Part shown: in pieces, positions 62,905 to 64,000 of the stretch | Layout: each line of letters begins with the position of its first letter | How positions within the stretch are numbered: position 1 is the first letter of the stretch | Source of the DNA: Terriglobia bacterium | GTDB lineage: Bacteria > Acidobacteriota > Terriglobia > Terriglobales > Acidobacteriaceae | DNA: 64,000 nt | NCBI GenBank assembly: GCA_963790645.1 | Contig: CAWBPS010000006.1 | Coordinates: 11,405 to 75,404 of the forward strand | Direction: 5' to 3' | The notes under the pieces: generated by a model | What the model was told of the DNA's origin: nothing | Database searches by the model: none | What the model saw: only the letters and a program-made list of their open reading frames with translations | Position numbers and translations under genes: made by a program

Positions 62905-63780
62905 ATGAGAAAGCCGCGGAAAGTTAAGCGTTCTGTTCCAATCCTGAGTCCATCCGTCCGGATCACTCTCCTGAGCCCAAAGCGACAGCAGATTATCCGG
63001 CCGGCTTTCGAACGTCCGCGCGAGTTTGTACTGATGAGCGTGCGGGCCATGGCCAAGCGCCTGCGTACCGATCCTGCCACCATGGTCCGCATTGTTCGCG
63101 GAATGAAGTTTGATTCCTACCGTGAATTCCAGCACTACGTGCACGAGCTGTCCATTGCCCACGCCACCTCGCTAGAGACCATGCAGACCGGCCCGGCAGG
63201 CCGGTCCGCCATTTCGACGCAAGTGCGCGCGTCGCTCGACCAGGATGTCAAGAACCTGAACCATCTCGTCCAGACCCTTGAACCGCAAAGAATCGCGGCG
63301 CTGGTGCGGCGGCTTTATGCGGCGCGGCACGTGGTGCTCATCGGCGGCGATCTGGCCGCCAACCTGGTGAACTTTCTGGAACACCTGCTGATCATCCTGG
63401 GATTGCCCGTCGCCAGCGCCACTACGCCCGCGGAAGTGGTGCACAAAGTTCGCATGCTGGGGAAACGGGACCTGGTGATTGCGGTCAGCCACGGCCGCGG
63501 CCTGCGGCAGACGGTGGAAGGCCTGCGCCAGGCCCGCGAAAAAGGAGCTTACTGCGTGGGCATCACCAACACGCTGGTGTCCCCCATCGGGCAGTTCGCC
63601 CACGAGTTTTTTCTGACTTCGATCGCCACTCCTTCGTTTGGTTCTTCGTACGTCGCTCCCATGGCGCTGTTCAACGTGATCGTGCTCGCCTGTGCCAATC
63701 ACCGTCGCACTCGAACCCTCAAGCTGGCGAAACAACTGGAGCAGGAACAGCGCCACGGCTTCCGCTGGTACGAATCATGA
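62905..63780 (+). CDS. MurR/RpiR-family transcriptional regulator (HTH plus SIS domain)
   Basis: HTH_6 (MSVRAMAKRLRTDPATMVRIVRGMKFDSYREF) and a SIS domain (VVLIGGDLAAN, LVIAVSHGRG). The start is uncertain (62866, 62890 or 62905). Confidence 0.85.
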   Translation: MRKPRKVKRSVPILSPSVRITLLSPKRQQIIRPAFERPREFVLMSVRAMAKRLRTDPATMVRIVRGMKFDSYREFQHYVHELSIAHATSLETMQTGPAGRSAISTQVRASLDQDVKNLNHLVQTLEPQRIAALVRRLYAARHVVLIGGDLAANLVNFLEHLLIILGLPVASATTPAEVVHKVRMLGKRDLVIAVSHGRGLRQTVEGLRQAREKGAYCVGITNTLVSPIGQFAHEFFLTSIATPSFGSSYVAPMALFNVIVLACANHRRTRTLKLAKQLEQEQRHGFRWYES

Positions 63781-64000
63781 GAATCCGGGCCGGCTTTTCC
63801 TTACAGCTTTTTGTAAGCCTGCTGGTGCTGATGGTGACCACGGCTCTCGGCGTCGAGCCTCCTTCCCCGCCGACTTACAACATCCGCATGCAGAACACAT
63901 GGATTCCAATGCAGGATGGCATCCGCCTGGCGGTCACGCTGTACACACCCGATGGAGGCAAAGCCGGCGAGAAATTCCCCGCCGTCCTCGAGTATCACCC
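63777..64000 (+). CDS. CocE/NonD-family (S15) hydrolase, N-terminal fragment running off the window
   Basis: My own translation from ATG 63777 (ATGA overlap with the rpiR stop) gives MRIRAGFSLQLFVSLLVLMVTTALG...IPMQDGIRLAVTLYTPDGGKAGEKFPAVLEYH. This ORF is not in the supplied track. Confidence 0.65.
   Translation, partial: MRIRAGFSLQLFVSLLVLMVTTALGVEPPSPPTYNIRMQNTWIPMQDGIRLAVTLYTPDGGKAGEKFPAVLEYH

Overview
This is a 64-kb, roughly 60% GC chromosomal segment. Gene content suggests a soil Acidobacteriota-like bacterium; that is inference only, since no database search was possible. Product calls rest on motifs I recognise in the supplied translations. Start codons were re-chosen by hand where the ORF track over-extends. 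Repeat coordinates were read by eye and may be off by 1-2 nt.

Main content, in order:
- A TonB receptor with a PiuC-like hydroxylase.
- A translationally coupled ECF sigma / anti-sigma / two LiaF-like membrane protein operon.
- hutH, and a leucine-catabolism block (MCCase beta, HMG-CoA lyase, enoyl-CoA hydratase, thioesterase).
- A split B12 acyl-CoA mutase whose specificity residues look isobutyryl-CoA-mutase-like.
- An IS110/IS1111-type insertion sequence.
- An APC permease, lnt, and prfB with its classical +1 frameshift site.
- rarA, then a dcw cell-division cluster on the minus strand (mraZ-rsmH-small ORF-ftsL-ftsI-murE-murF-mraY-murD-ftsW ... murG).
- A duplicated GMC oxidoreductase / TAT small subunit / TIM-barrel sugar cluster with an RpiR regulator.

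The most unusual property of the window is the non-coding DNA. At least six families of nested palindromic (REP/BIME-like and cruciform) elements, plus heptamer-periodic hairpins, occupy almost every intergenic gap.
- They fill the junctions inside the dcw operon.
- One is inserted in-frame in hutH.
- Several donate stop codons to genes.
- One hosts the IS in a three-level nested arrangement.

No rRNA, tRNA or CRISPR array was seen.
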